64,000 bases of DNA from an uncultured cyanobacterium. GTDB taxonomy: Bacteria > Cyanobacteriota > Cyanobacteriia > Cyanobacteriales > Cyanobacteriaceae. A program made the position numbers and the translations under genes. The DNA lies in the NCBI GenBank assembly GCA_963710605.1, contig CAVQBA010000002.1, forward strand, positions 160,001 through 224,000. The letters are read 5' to 3'. Below the pieces are notes generated by a model. It did no database searches and was not told the DNA's origin. It saw only the letters and a program-made list of their open reading frames with translations. The stretch's first letter is position 1. Every line of letters starts with the position of its first letter. Below are positions 1 through 10,860 of the stretch, piece after piece.

Positions 1-118
1 CCATTAAGCAACCCGTAGGAATTAAAACCTTAGCACGTTCGGCTACATTTAACAAAGGCTCACCAGCTTCGGCTTCAACGGTGACATTATCAGGCAAAAA
101 TTTTACTTTAACACTCAT
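1..118 (-). CDS. 2Fe-2S ferredoxin-like protein, N-terminal part (runs off window start)
   Basis: Manual translation from ATG at 118: MSVKVKFLPDNVTVEAEAGEPLLNVAERAKVLIPTGCLMG; typical fer2 N-terminus with the first Cys of the cluster motif. Confidence 0.8.
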   Translation of the reverse strand, partial: MSVKVKFLPDNVTVEAEAGEPLLNVAERAKVLIPTGCLM

Positions 119-233
119 TTTATTAGTGAACAGTTAACAGTTAAAAGTGAATAGTTTATTTAATTATCAATTCTTTTCTATTATCAAAGACGATCGATTA
201 AAAAAGAATTATTGTTAATTATTAATTATTTAT

Positions 234-1004
234 CTATGCTAAAGCAGTATCATCAAAATCAAGGGGAATATCTTGCAATCTACCGTTACCGATCGCTTGT
301 ATTGCTTCTTTGAGATCGACATTACCCGTATATAAAGCCTTACCGACAATTACCCCTTTAACTCCTAAATACTCTAAAGACACCAAACAAAGTAAATCAG
401 TTAACGAACTAACACCACCAGAGGCGATAACAGGTATATCGGTAATTTTAGCTAATTCTTTCAAAGATTCTAAATTAGGTCCTACTAATGTACCATCACG
501 ACTAATATCAGTATAAATAATCGCCGCCGCTTTATCACAGATACTTTTGGCTAAATCTGTTGCTTCTATTGTCGAAGTTTCTAACCAACCTTTAGTTGCG
601 ACTTTGCCATCTCGTGCATCGATTCCCACCGCTATTTTGTGGGGAAAATCTTCACATAACTGGGTAACTAATTCTGGATTTTCTACCGCTACTGTACCAA
701 CTATCGCTCTTTCCACACCGATATTAAACAGACGCTCGATCGATTTTTTATTTCTTAATCCGCCACCTACTTGCACAGGAATTGAAAGATGTTTAACAAT
801 TTTAGAAATGACATCCAAATTAACACTATTACCTTCTTTTGCACCGTCTAAATCGACTAAATGTAAACGAGTAGCCCCCTGAGACTGCCATTGTATAGCT
901 ACATCTAAAGGATTTTCGCTAAATACTTGAGATTGCTGATAATCACCTTGATATAATCTGACGCAACGCCCTGCTAATAAATCAATTGCGGGTATAACTT
1001 CCAT
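234..1004 (-). CDS. hisA: ProFAR isomerase (histidine biosynthesis)
   Basis: [49 protein letters not shown] motifs; start taken at ATG 1004. Confidence 0.96.
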   Translation of the reverse strand: MEVIPAIDLLAGRCVRLYQGDYQQSQVFSENPLDVAIQWQSQGATRLHLVDLDGAKEGNSVNLDVISKIVKHLSIPVQVGGGLRNKKSIERLFNIGVERAIVGTVAVENPELVTQLCEDFPHKIAVGIDARDGKVATKGWLETSTIEATDLAKSICDKAAAIIYTDISRDGTLVGPNLESLKELAKITDIPVIASGGVSSLTDLLCLVSLEYLGVKGVIVGKALYTGNVDLKEAIQAIGNGRLQDIPLDFDDTALA

Positions 1005-1044
1005 AAATTCCACCTTAACTACTCAAAGAATTTTATTATAACAG

Positions 1045-1073
1045 TTGACAGATCCTAAAAAAGTGTCTATAAT
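1045..1073 (+). promoter_or_regulatory. Consensus sigma70-type promoter driving the downstream sRNA
   Basis: TTGACA (1045-1050), 17-nt spacer, TATAAT (1068-1073). Confidence 0.8.
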
Positions 1074-1079
1074 TAGAGT

Positions 1080-1170
1080 TAACTAAGGTAGAAATACCTA
1101 ATTTGGTGTGAGAAATTAAAAAGCAAGCCTTTGGGGTCGAAACATGGCAAGACTCCCAAGGGCTTTCTTT
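1080..1170 (+). ncRNA. yfr2: Yfr2-family-like cyanobacterial small RNA
   Basis: GTGTGAG at 1106; long stem AAGCCTTTGGGGTC/GACTCCCAAGGGCTT closing a 12-nt loop GAAACATGGCAA (1139-1150); T-rich tail; consensus promoter upstream; no ORF. Confidence 0.7.
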
Positions 1171-1317
1171 ATGCAAATAAGTATTTAACTGACACTAATA
1201 CAACAACGTCCCATTTGTTATTGTCAAAATAAGAACTATAATTAATGCTATTCATGCGATTAGAAATAATTAGTATTTAATTCTCAATTCTCAACTCTCA
1301 ATTCTCAATTATTTATC

Positions 1318-1784
1318 ATGCCTCGTATTGTTTTAGTTAATCCGCAAATTCCGCCTAATACTGGAAATATCGCTCGTACCTGTGCCGCAACCGAATTAGA
1401 GTTACACTTAGTTGCACCGTTAGGATTTGAAATCAGCGATAAGCACCTCAAAAGAGCTGGTTTAGATTACTGGCCCATGTTAGACTAACTTATCACCAAA
1501 ATATTGCTGAATTTCTCGAAACTGCCAAAAACAAAGGCGGAAGATTAATCGGTTTTAGTGTTAGAGGAAAGCAAAACTATCTTGAGTGTAGATACAAACC
1601 AAATGATTGGTTGTTATTTGGTAGTGAAACTGAAGGTTTATCTCAAGAGGTTTTAGCACAATGTGATTTAACTTCTTTTATCACGATGAAAAGTAATCAT
1701 GTTCGTAGTTTAAATTTATCTGTCAGTGTATCTGTGGTTTTGTTTGAATCTTTACGACAATCCGCAATCTACAGGTTAGAGTGA
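1318..1784 (+). CDS. trmL: tRNA (cytidine/uridine-34-2'-O)-methyltransferase, SPOUT family; 1-nt deletion near 1476 (probable sequence error)
   Basis: [25 protein letters not shown]...[10 protein letters not shown], then in a shifted frame ...[10 protein letters not shown]...VRSLNLSVS...; span 467 nt = 3n-1; absent from the ORF track. Confidence 0.9.
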
Positions 1785-1868
1785 AGAGTAAAATTAAGGC
1801 AATATTTTAAATGTAGGGGTACAAGGTTTGTACCCTGAAATCGGCAAAAAATTTATTTTGGTACTTAG

Positions 1869-3389
1869 ATGAAAATATCACAGTCAAGGAGAAAAATAAA
1901 AAGTACAATTAAGAAAAAAGTTTTAGCATATCTATTCAGTTTAAATAGTATTTTTTTGCTTACTCCTACGACTATAAATGCTCAAGAATCAATCGTATCC
2001 AATAATCTTGAAAAAATATGTGTTACTGATTTACCGAGACAAATAGAAAAAATTTTAAATCAACCTGAGCGGTTAGCAGAAAATTGGGGTATTTTAATTA
2101 AAGAATTAGATAGCGATCGAGTTTTATACGAATTAAATAGTAATAAATATTTTATCCCCGCTTCTAATACCAAATTATTAACTACCGCTTCAGCTTTATT
2201 GAAATTAAAACCAGATTTTCAGATTACAACACCTGTTTATATTCAAAGAGAAAAAAATACTTTAAATACTCTAATCATAGAAGGAAAAGGCGATCCAACT
2301 TTTAAAAAAGAAAATTTGGTTACTCTTGCTCAAACACTACAAAAACAAGGTATCAATAAAATAGATAATTTGATATTAGTTGATAATTATTTACCACTAC
2401 CTGCAAATAATTATAGTTGGGAATTTTCCGATCTTTTTTATTATTATGCTGTCCCTGTTAATAGCTTAATTTTAGAAGATAATGTCGTGACTTTGACAGT
2501 AAATCCTAGTCTTGTTAACAATCGAGTTTTGATTAAATGGAGTGATGAGATTGCAGGTAAGCAATGGCAAATAGATAATCAAGGAATAACAGCTAATTAT
2601 GATAGTGAATATAATCTTAGTTTTAAACCTTCATTATTAGAACCAAAAATAACGATCGAAGGTACGTTAGCGAGTAACGAAACTGATGATAATTGGTTAT
2701 TGTCTATTCCTTATCCCGATCGATATTTTCGTGATGTTTTACTCATTACTTTAGCTAGTTATGATATTACTGTTTTGAATAGTCAAATATTAAAGTACGA
2801 TGAATATCGAGAAGATGAATCACTAGCTAATAAACAACTATTATTAGAGTTCACTTCACCTAATTTAGACGAATTAATTACGATCGTTAATCAAAAAAGT
2901 GATAATTTATATGCTGAGGTTTTGTTTAAGTATTTAGCAGTAGATACAGACAGTTTAAATCCAGCAATATCTTTAAGTGAAACGTTAACGGATTTGGGTC
3001 TAGAAGCTCAAGATTATCAGTTAAAAGATGGCTCAGGTTTGTCTCGTCAAAATTTAGTTAAACTCAAGGCATTAGTCTCTGTTTTAAAATTAATGAATCA
3101 GAGTAAACATCAGCAAACTTTTCGTGATTCTTTGACTATAGCAGGAGTAAATGGCACTCTCAAAAATCGATTTAAAGATACCAGTATCGTTAACAATTTA
3201 CAAGGCAAAACAGGTAGTCTTACAGGTGTTTCTGCTTTATCGGGTTATTTAACTCCACCAAACTATGATGAATTAGTTTTTTCTATTATCGTTAATCAAT
3301 CGACAGATAGTTCAAAAGTTCTTAGAAAAACGATCGATGATATTGTTTTAACTATGGGTAAATTATCTTCTTGTAATTCTTTTAATTAA
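1869..3389 (+). CDS. dacB: D-alanyl-D-alanine carboxypeptidase/endopeptidase (PBP4, peptidase S13)
   Basis: PASNTK (SxxK), SDN (SxN), DGSGLSR, KTG motifs. Confidence 0.92.
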   Translation: MKISQSRRKIKSTIKKKVLAYLFSLNSIFLLTPTTINAQESIVSNNLEKICVTDLPRQIEKILNQPERLAENWGILIKELDSDRVLYELNSNKYFIPASNTKLLTTASALLKLKPDFQITTPVYIQREKNTLNTLIIEGKGDPTFKKENLVTLAQTLQKQGINKIDNLILVDNYLPLPANNYSWEFSDLFYYYAVPVNSLILEDNVVTLTVNPSLVNNRVLIKWSDEIAGKQWQIDNQGITANYDSEYNLSFKPSLLEPKITIEGTLASNETDDNWLLSIPYPDRYFRDVLLITLASYDITVLNSQILKYDEYREDESLANKQLLLEFTSPNLDELITIVNQKSDNLYAEVLFKYLAVDTDSLNPAISLSETLTDLGLEAQDYQLKDGSGLSRQNLVKLKALVSVLKLMNQSKHQQTFRDSLTIAGVNGTLKNRFKDTSIVNNLQGKTGSLTGVSALSGYLTPPNYDELVFSIIVNQSTDSSKVLRKTIDDIVLTMGKLSSCNSFN

Positions 3390-3526
3390 ACCACTAGTCA
3401 AATAATATCTCCCGCCCAATGTGAAATATAGAATTACAACATACTCTCATCATACTTACCAATAAATCAAAAGATTTAACTACTGGGGGAAGTTAATCGG
3501 CAATATCCTGAATGTAGTTCATTAAA

Positions 3527-3685
3527 TATAGCAATTCTCACCATTATAAAGTACAAAGCGATCCCCCTAAATCCCCAACCAACAAAAGCGAAGCATCCTT
3601 ATTCCTCCCCCTTACGAAGGGGGATAAGAGGGGGATAGGGGACTTGAAAATAATAAATGTACCCCATAATTATGGGCAACGCTAT
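3527..3685. mobile_element. MITE-like composite repeat: TATAGC termini enclosing a REP-like hairpin
   Basis: TATAGCAATTCTCA...GTACA at the left end, TGTAC...GGGCAACGCTATA at the right end; central CCCCCTTACGAAGGGGGA hairpin; similar element at 47708-47821. Confidence 0.6.
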
Positions 3686-4095
3686 AATAGAATTAAGCGA
3701 GAATCTGATACAAATAAACTTTTTATTGAGCGTGAAGCAAGAGGACGAGAGTATAATCCAATAATGAGAAGATGTGAATAAATAAACAAAATATTATTTT
3801 TATTAGTGCGATCGCTTCTTTTTTATAGAATAATCTTACAAGTATAATTGATCTTGATAATATTGACTATAATTGATTAAATAGCTCTTCTACAGTAGCT
3901 ATGATAAATTAGTAAAAAACAATAACTGAAAGTATTACTACATAGACTTTTTATAATCACAAAAATAAAATTGTTAGGAAAATACGGTTCGATCGAAGTC
4001 GATCGTAATCCAGATAAAGATTCTACGGATTATTTACTATTAATTTACTAGACTCAATGTAGAAGAGCCAATTAAATTTGTATTAGGGGAATAAT

Positions 4096-4338
4096 ATGCT
4101 AACAGAAATAATGGTAAAACCTTCTAGTTGGATCGATCGAGAAATAAAAATTACTCCTGTTAGAAATTATTTTTTATTTAAGTTTAGTGATAATTTACAG
4201 AGTAGATTAGATGAACTTTCCCAAAAGAATAAGCAACAACAATTATTAGAAGAAGAAAAAGCCGAATTAACGGGAATTATAGAACTAAATCAAATTTTTA
4301 CGCTGTTAAATGGCAAAATTATAGCTGAATCAAAATGA
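4096..4338 (+). CDS. Small hypothetical protein coupled to HNH nuclease (possible antitoxin)
   Basis: 80-aa ORF after AGGGG RBS; ATGA overlap with the HNH gene. Confidence 0.7.
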   Translation: MLTEIMVKPSSWIDREIKITPVRNYFLFKFSDNLQSRLDELSQKNKQQQLLEEEKAELTGIIELNQIFTLLNGKIIAESK

Positions 4339-4787
4339 TAAATTCTAACTTGCGAGACTTAGTTAGAAAACGAGCTAATTTTTTGTGTGAATATTGTCAT
4401 TCCCCTGAAGATGCCAGTGCTGCACTTTTTCAACTAGATCATATTCTACCTCAATCATTGGGGGGCAATGATTCTCCTGACAATTTAGCCTTGGCTTGTC
4501 AACGATGCAATAGTTATCGCTATAATTTCACCACGGGAATTGACCCAAAAACTCAAAAAGAAGTCAATCTTTATAACCCCCGTCAACAAAAGTGGTCAGA
4601 ACATTTTATCTGGACTGCTGACGGTTGTTTTGTTCGTGGACAAACAATAATTGGACGTGCTACTTGTAATCGTCTTGATTTCAATGACGAATATCATAAT
4701 GATGGATTTATCATTAAAGCAAGAAAATTATGGATTCAAGGGGGTTGGCATCCTCCAAAAGACGATTCTATTTTAAATAGTTCGTAA
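4335..4787 (+). CDS. HNH endonuclease
   Basis: CEYC...DHILP..LGG.D..DNL.LACQRCN; C-terminal YNPR..KWSEHF.W...IGRAT. Confidence 0.92.
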   Translation: MINSNLRDLVRKRANFLCEYCHSPEDASAALFQLDHILPQSLGGNDSPDNLALACQRCNSYRYNFTTGIDPKTQKEVNLYNPRQQKWSEHFIWTADGCFVRGQTIIGRATCNRLDFNDEYHNDGFIIKARKLWIQGGWHPPKDDSILNSS

Positions 4788-4950
4788 TAAAAATTAATTG
4801 TTGAAGAAATTAAAATTGAATGGAATTTATAATAATGAAAAAAAATTCTATTCCTAATCAAGAAATAAGGACACGTTTAGTAACTAATCTACGTCAACAA
4901 AGGGGAAAGGTAATATCAATTATGCAGTTAATAACTTTTTTTCCCACTCT

Positions 4951-5781
4951 TTAATCACGAATAAAAGTTGAAATTAAATAAAGTAAAATACTTAAAAAAA
5001 TTAAACCCATAACACCAGCGATCGGATTTCGATCGATTCCTGTAATCCAAGTGGGTACAATATCATTATATTTAACCATCTCACCGACATTAATGAGATA
5101 ATAACCCCAAACTAAACCACCGTGAAGCCCAATACTAATTCCTAATAGATTTGAATGAGATCGTTTTGCTACTACTAAAATGTATCCTAATAATACTAAA
5201 GCAGGAAAAGTGACGCTAGTACGAATAATTTCGCCAAGGGGTTTGATAAAGTGAAGAATAGCAAAAACAAGCGAGCTAATTACCGCTGAATTAAATAAGG
5301 AAAAATCACGCTCAAGTTCATATAATAACCAACCACGAAAAAATATTTCTTCAGCAAAAGCCACACCCAAACCACTAGCCAAACCTTGTAAAACTAAAGT
5401 AGCTATTGGTAGAGAAGGGGATTGAAACGTCACCCAACCAAAAAGAGATTCGACAATAAATAATAACCAAGTAAAACCAAAACCAACAGCTAAACCTTTA
5501 AGTAAACCAAAAATATTTCTCGATGAATTAACTAAGCCATAACTTTTAAATAAGGAAAGATTTTGATAGACTTTTCGCCCCCAAATAGGTACTAGAAATA
5601 AAAAGATAATAAATAAAATTGCCATTGTGACGATCGTATTTAAATTAGCATCTTTTGAACCGATCGCAAAATTGACTAATAAAACAAAAGGAAGCCAGAT
5701 TAATAATAAAGTCAAGACAAATAACCCCAATCTCAACCAGCAAGGATAATTTTTAATCGGGGAAAAATATTTATCTCTCAT
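4951..5781 (-). CDS. CPBP/Abi (CAAX protease-like) intramembrane glutamic endopeptidase
   Basis: EEIFFRG, FAILH, H motif; multiple TM segments. Confidence 0.88.
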   Translation of the reverse strand: MRDKYFSPIKNYPCWLRLGLFVLTLLLIWLPFVLLVNFAIGSKDANLNTIVTMAILFIIFLFLVPIWGRKVYQNLSLFKSYGLVNSSRNIFGLLKGLAVGFGFTWLLFIVESLFGWVTFQSPSLPIATLVLQGLASGLGVAFAEEIFFRGWLLYELERDFSLFNSAVISSLVFAILHFIKPLGEIIRTSVTFPALVLLGYILVVAKRSHSNLLGISIGLHGGLVWGYYLINVGEMVKYNDIVPTWITGIDRNPIAGVMGLIFLSILLYLISTFIRD

Positions 5782-5920
5782 AATTAGCTATCAGTATATT
5801 TTTTGGTGAATAAATAGAGTAAAGATTGTTGTTGAGATTACATAAACTCCTGACAAACTACTTCATAATATAATAAGTTAGCAATGATTTTAAGGAGAAA
5901 TCATAATTATCAGAAAAAAC

Positions 5921-7654
5921 ATGAAACCTTTAATTATTGTTTCTGGATTAGGGCATACAGGTTATAAAATTTATCATTTACTCAAACTTCAAGGCGCTTC
6001 AGTAGTTGGGATAAGCGATCGTCCTCTTCCTCAACAGATAGATGATAATATCATAGTGGGCAATTTACGATCGCCTCAAGTTTTAATAGAGGCAGGCATA
6101 AAAATAGCTTCAACAATAGTACTCGCTAATGATGATGACGGTTTAAATGTAGCAGTTTTAACTCAAGCTAAAACCATCAATCCACGAGTTAGAATTGTCA
6201 ATCGACTATATAATAAAACCCTCGGTAATAGATTAGACAAAACTGTTTCTGATCATTTAAGTATGAGTGTCTCAGCTTTATCTGCACCTATCTTTGCCTT
6301 TGCCGCACTTGGTAGTAATGCAATTGGACATTTAAAATTATTTGAGAAAACATGGGCTTTACACGAAGAGATTATCGCCCCTTATCACCCTTGGTATGGT
6401 TTAAATATAGCTCAGTTATGGAATAATCCAGAGCAAATGCTGATTTATTATCTACCGAAAAATAGCGAAATTGATTTAGTTTCTGCTGTTAATCAAGAAA
6501 AAGAATTAGAAATAGGTGATCATGTTATAGTCGCAAATCAAGCCAAAGTCAAGAAAAAACGTCGTTTTCAATGGAAAAGATGGTTCAAGATTCTATTTAA
6601 TCTTAATACTTATCGGCAATATGCTCGTCCTGTAATTATGGTAACTTTAACCTTAATACTTTTAATTGCAGTCGCCACAATTACTTATTTATGCGTCAAT
6701 TGGCATATACCCGTAGCTGATGCTTTATATTTTAGCGTTGGTATGATTACAGGGGCAGGTGGGCTAGAAGAAGTAGCTGAATCGGCACCCGATGTGATTA
6801 AAGTTTTTACCGCAGTCATGATGATTATTGGTGCGGGTATTGTCGGTATTTTTTATGCTTTAATTAATGACTTTGTTTTAGGTAGTCGTTTCAAACAACT
6901 TTTAGATGCGGCAAGAGTGCCAAAAGAAAACCATTACATTGTCTGTGGTATGGGTAATGTGGGTATGGAGGTAGTCAAAGAATTAACTAAACAAGGACAT
7001 GATATCGTTGTAATTGAATCTGATCACCAAAATCGTTTTTTACATTCAATTCGATCGCACGGTGTTCCTGTTATTATGGAAGATGCTACTTTAGCTGATA
7101 CTCTACACACAGCTAATATCAACGGTGCAAAAGCCATTATTGTTGTTACTAGTAACGATATGATTAATGTTGAAATAGCCTTAACTTCAAAAGCTCTACA
7201 AGCGAAATTGCCAGTAATTTTAAGAGTACAAGATACACAATTTGCGGCATCTGTCAAGGAAGTTTTTCAATTTGAAAATGTATTTTCTCCTAGTGATTTA
7301 TCAACTCATTCATTTGTAGCGGCGGCTTTAGGAGGAAAAATTCTTGGTAACGGTATGACAGACGATTTACTCTGGGTGGCTCTAGCTACTATGATTACCC
7401 CTAATCATCCTTTTTGCGGTAAAGCTATTACCGAAATTGCTCCTGAGGCTGATTTTGTTCCTTTATATATCACTAGAGGAGAAGATAAAGTCAGTAGTTG
7501 GAATTTGTTACATACGACTTTAGTCGATCGAGATATACTTTATTTAACCATGCCAGCAACTAAACTCGATCAACTTTGGCGTGTTCGTAATTCTGAATCT
7601 CCTCTCTTCTTTAATCCCTCAGAGAGCAAAAATGCAATCAAAGTAGAGAATTAA
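5921..7654 (+). CDS. Potassium channel protein with TrkA-N (RCK) domains
   Basis: Two GxGxxG Rossmann starts (GLGHTG, GMGNVG) flanking a TM/pore region (DALYFSVGMITGAGG). Confidence 0.85.
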   Translation: MKPLIIVSGLGHTGYKIYHLLKLQGASVVGISDRPLPQQIDDNIIVGNLRSPQVLIEAGIKIASTIVLANDDDGLNVAVLTQAKTINPRVRIVNRLYNKTLGNRLDKTVSDHLSMSVSALSAPIFAFAALGSNAIGHLKLFEKTWALHEEIIAPYHPWYGLNIAQLWNNPEQMLIYYLPKNSEIDLVSAVNQEKELEIGDHVIVANQAKVKKKRRFQWKRWFKILFNLNTYRQYARPVIMVTLTLILLIAVATITYLCVNWHIPVADALYFSVGMITGAGGLEEVAESAPDVIKVFTAVMMIIGAGIVGIFYALINDFVLGSRFKQLLDAARVPKENHYIVCGMGNVGMEVVKELTKQGHDIVVIESDHQNRFLHSIRSHGVPVIMEDATLADTLHTANINGAKAIIVVTSNDMINVEIALTSKALQAKLPVILRVQDTQFAASVKEVFQFENVFSPSDLSTHSFVAAALGGKILGNGMTDDLLWVALATMITPNHPFCGKAITEIAPEADFVPLYITRGEDKVSSWNLLHTTLVDRDILYLTMPATKLDQLWRVRNSESPLFFNPSESKNAIKVEN

Positions 7655-7780
7655 AAGGTATTAGGTAGTGCGTTTAATGGAGAATTGAGAATAAATAACT
7701 TTTGCCTCTTTCAACTATTTAATGTTTTCTGTTATCTCGCCCCCTCTCAAAAGCAGGAGAGGGGCTATTGCTGAGGTTGT

Positions 7781-8611
7781 TCAAACTAATTTCACCTGAG
7801 GATATTTAAAGCGAAATCCCAAAGATTTTATTTTTTGGTTAGATACTCGCACATCAAAAACACGAGTAGAAGGTTGAGAGTCATCCCAGATAACGGGAGG
7901 TAAATTATAAATTTGAGCTAGTTTATCTAACATTACTTTACGTTGCATTGGTTCATCACTAACTAAATTATACAAACCGTTAAGCTTATTTTCTCTAGCA
8001 AATTCTATTCCCTCAACAATATCTTCTAAATGTGACCAATTGCCATATTCTGAGCCATCACCTGCACGAGTTTGCCCCATTGCATTGCGGAAAATTTTAA
8101 TAATCTCTCGATTTTCACCATAAATACCACCTAAACGTAAGATACATACCTGAAGTTGCTCGGTTGCCATCTTCATCAATTCTTTTTCAGTAGCTAACAA
8201 AATTTCGGCAAAAATATGAGGCGGTTTGTCTGGAGTGGTTTCATCTACCCATGCACCATCATGATTACCTACGATCGAATAACTACCAGTATAAATGACC
8301 TGTTTAACAGTCTGATTATCAGCTAATGCTTTTTGTAGATTTTGGGCAGTTTTAAGATAAGCTAAACGATAATTTTCTTCTGTTCTACCTTTTGAACCTA
8401 CTGTTACAACTATTGTATCTTGTCCTTGACAAATTTGAATTAATCTGCTTAAATCGCTAGTTTTGAAAACTTCAACACGAGCGGCAAAATCTTCTAACTC
8501 GACTATTTTACTTGAGCTAGTAGTAGTAAGAGTGAGTTGATGTCCTTGAGAATACCATTTTTGAGCGATCGCTTTTCCGACATATCCACAACCAATAATC
8601 GCAATTTTCAT
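7781..8611 (-). CDS. NAD-dependent epimerase/dehydratase (SDR family)
   Basis: IIGCGYVG, LRLGGIYG. Confidence 0.85.
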   Translation of the reverse strand: MKIAIIGCGYVGKAIAQKWYSQGHQLTLTTTSSSKIVELEDFAARVEVFKTSDLSRLIQICQGQDTIVVTVGSKGRTEENYRLAYLKTAQNLQKALADNQTVKQVIYTGSYSIVGNHDGAWVDETTPDKPPHIFAEILLATEKELMKMATEQLQVCILRLGGIYGENREIIKIFRNAMGQTRAGDGSEYGNWSHLEDIVEGIEFARENKLNGLYNLVSDEPMQRKVMLDKLAQIYNLPPVIWDDSQPSTRVFDVRVSNQKIKSLGFRFKYPQVKLV

Positions 8612-8846
8612 TATCTAAATAATTTTATTTTCAGAGTCATTTACTACCACAGTTGTTATTTTATCAATATTTTGTTTTAACAAAAAATTAAACTAAGTAG
8701 GCAAAACAGAGATCTTTTATCTATAATAAAACGGTTAAACGATCGAGAATAAAAAGTTAATAAATACCTCTATCTCAAGACAGAGATTTAATCCATTAAA
8801 ATTTTATTTACATGATCAAATACGATTATTTTAATAATTACATAAA

Positions 8847-9659
8847 ATGAATAAACCTCGTTACCGTAATATCTTACTTTTAGCTCCTATCTTTTCATCA
8901 TTTTTAATTCCCACAATTGCTCCTTCTGTAGTAGCCCAATCAATTCGTCCTCAGATTGTTGCCCAAAATCAACAACAAAAACTCACTATTTCTGTACCTA
9001 GTTTTAAAAACGAAACAGGCGGTAACTGGTGGTGGTGGAGTTCAAATACACCCAAACAACTAGCCGATGCCCTTAGTAACGAATTAAGCTCAACTGGTAA
9101 TTTTACTGTAGTTGAAAGACAAAAATTAGGTGCAGTACTTTCAGAGCAAGAATTAGCCGAATTAGGTTTAGTCAATACTGAAACTGCCGCTAAAAAAGGT
9201 AATCTTACTGGTGCAAAATATATTGTTTTAGGTAAAGTCACTTCTTATGATGAAAATGTAACTACCGAATCGGGCGGACAAAGTGGCGGTTTTAATATTG
9301 GTATTATCAATATTGGTGGTAGTAGCCAAAAATCCGAACAAGAAGCCTATGTAGCGATCGATTTACGTGTAGTTGATTCTACTACAGGAGAAGTGGTTTA
9401 TTCTCGTACCGTCGAAGGGCGTGCTAAAGGTGAATCAGAAAGTACTAGTAACAATTTCGGTTTCTTAGGAATTAATACAGGTAGTAATAACCAAAAAACT
9501 AGTAAAGCACCTGTAGGTAAAGCCTTAAGAGCAGGTTTAATTGAAATTACTAACTACCTAAACTGTGTGATGGTAGAACAAAATGGTTGTACTGCTGAGT
9601 ATGATGCAAAAGAGCAACGTCGTCGTAATAATACCTTAGATGTATTGGAATTAGAATAA
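8847..9659 (+). CDS. CsgG/HfaB family secreted protein
   Basis: Signal peptide; F.VVERQ.L..VL.EQ.L, GA.Y...G.VT.Y, V.IDLRVVD..TGEV. Confidence 0.85.
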   Translation: MNKPRYRNILLLAPIFSSFLIPTIAPSVVAQSIRPQIVAQNQQQKLTISVPSFKNETGGNWWWWSSNTPKQLADALSNELSSTGNFTVVERQKLGAVLSEQELAELGLVNTETAAKKGNLTGAKYIVLGKVTSYDENVTTESGGQSGGFNIGIINIGGSSQKSEQEAYVAIDLRVVDSTTGEVVYSRTVEGRAKGESESTSNNFGFLGINTGSNNQKTSKAPVGKALRAGLIEITNYLNCVMVEQNGCTAEYDAKEQRRRNNTLDVLELE

Positions 9660-9736
9660 AATTTTTGATTTGAATTAATTCATACCTCCTCTAACCCCTC
9701 CTTTTTGTTGGAGGGGAAAAAGAGAATCAGCGATAA

Positions 9737-10480
9737 CTAAGAAACTTCTTGAGGAAAATCTGTGATTTTGGCATCGGCTTCGATCGTCAATTTACCAAGT
9801 TTTACATCCAATTTTCTGACTTGTAAAGACATTGTATCCAACTCAAAATTACGTAAATCTAGTATTTCTTCAGCACTGTCAATCATCGCTTTAGCCACGT
9901 CTTCATTAGAACCTATATCTTCTAAGTATTCAACCGAAGTAAGATTAATACAGTTACCAGTGTCGTTAATTTCAGGAATAGCAGTCAGGCTAATTTGTTC
10001 GTTACTATCTGGCTCGACTAAATAGACATCTGCATCTAAACCAACTTTTCCTCCATCGAGTAATTTAAACGCTACTTTTTCTATCTCGACGTTTACTTTT
10101 TTTCCTTCATAGTCAATTTCTATATTTTCTAGTTTATCTTTGATGTATTCTGAATTAAAAGCGTTTTGTAAATCTTCTTCTTTCAAGACTACAAGCATTT
10201 TAGTATCTGTAGTCTGAGTTAGTTCGATATTACCCATTGCCGCTTTCATCGTATCGATCGATATACTACTAGTTTCTAAATTCAGTTTTTCGGCTCGTAA
10301 TTCTTTTTTCATTACTAAACCTTCACCTTCGACGCTAACAGAATCTATCTTCCCTTGTATCAAATCTAAAGGATTAGTATGAATCTCAACATCTAATTCT
10401 TCTGCCTCGTCTAGTTGACTTTTAATTCCTAATTCTGCCGCTTTACTAATTGCTTGTTCGCCAAGGTTTGATGAAGTCAT
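9737..10480 (-). CDS. DUF2993 / LmeA-like protein
   Basis: Acidic protein with GEQAISKAAE.GI.SQLD, DL.QGK.DSV.V.G.G pattern typical of cyanobacterial DUF2993. Confidence 0.7.
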   Translation of the reverse strand: MTSSNLGEQAISKAAELGIKSQLDEAEELDVEIHTNPLDLIQGKIDSVSVEGEGLVMKKELRAEKLNLETSSISIDTMKAAMGNIELTQTTDTKMLVVLKEEDLQNAFNSEYIKDKLENIEIDYEGKKVNVEIEKVAFKLLDGGKVGLDADVYLVEPDSNEQISLTAIPEINDTGNCINLTSVEYLEDIGSNEDVAKAMIDSAEEILDLRNFELDTMSLQVRKLDVKLGKLTIEADAKITDFPQEVS

Positions 10481-10860
10481 AATATATATATAATTTAGAA
10501 AAAATGTAAGATTAATTACATTAAACTAGATAATTTGTACCAATAAGTACTCCTAAAGTTAGAAAAGTTTTATCAACTGAAGAAATAGGTATTTTTACTC
10601 TTTAATTAAATAAGTATTTTAGCCGAGGCATTTTTTTGTACTATATCTTTAATTTTTTAGTGAAGAAGATTGAGATATTAAATATAACTACAGTGACATT
10701 GATGAAGTCGGCGAATAAGTTGGAGCAATCCCCCCGCGTTGCCACGCACCCCCCTTCGTAAGGGGGGCAGGGGGGATCGAAAAAGTCTTTTTCTTTTTGG
10801 GAATTGGTATAAGGCACTTATAATTAAGTGTAGAAATATTTGTGTAAAGTTAATTTTTCC

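Noticed and set aside
310-882. Antisense/shadow ORFs here and over other genes (e.g. 7024, 8969, 9762, 16178, 18336, 25157, 32462)
   Set aside because: Opposite-strand shadows of well-supported genes
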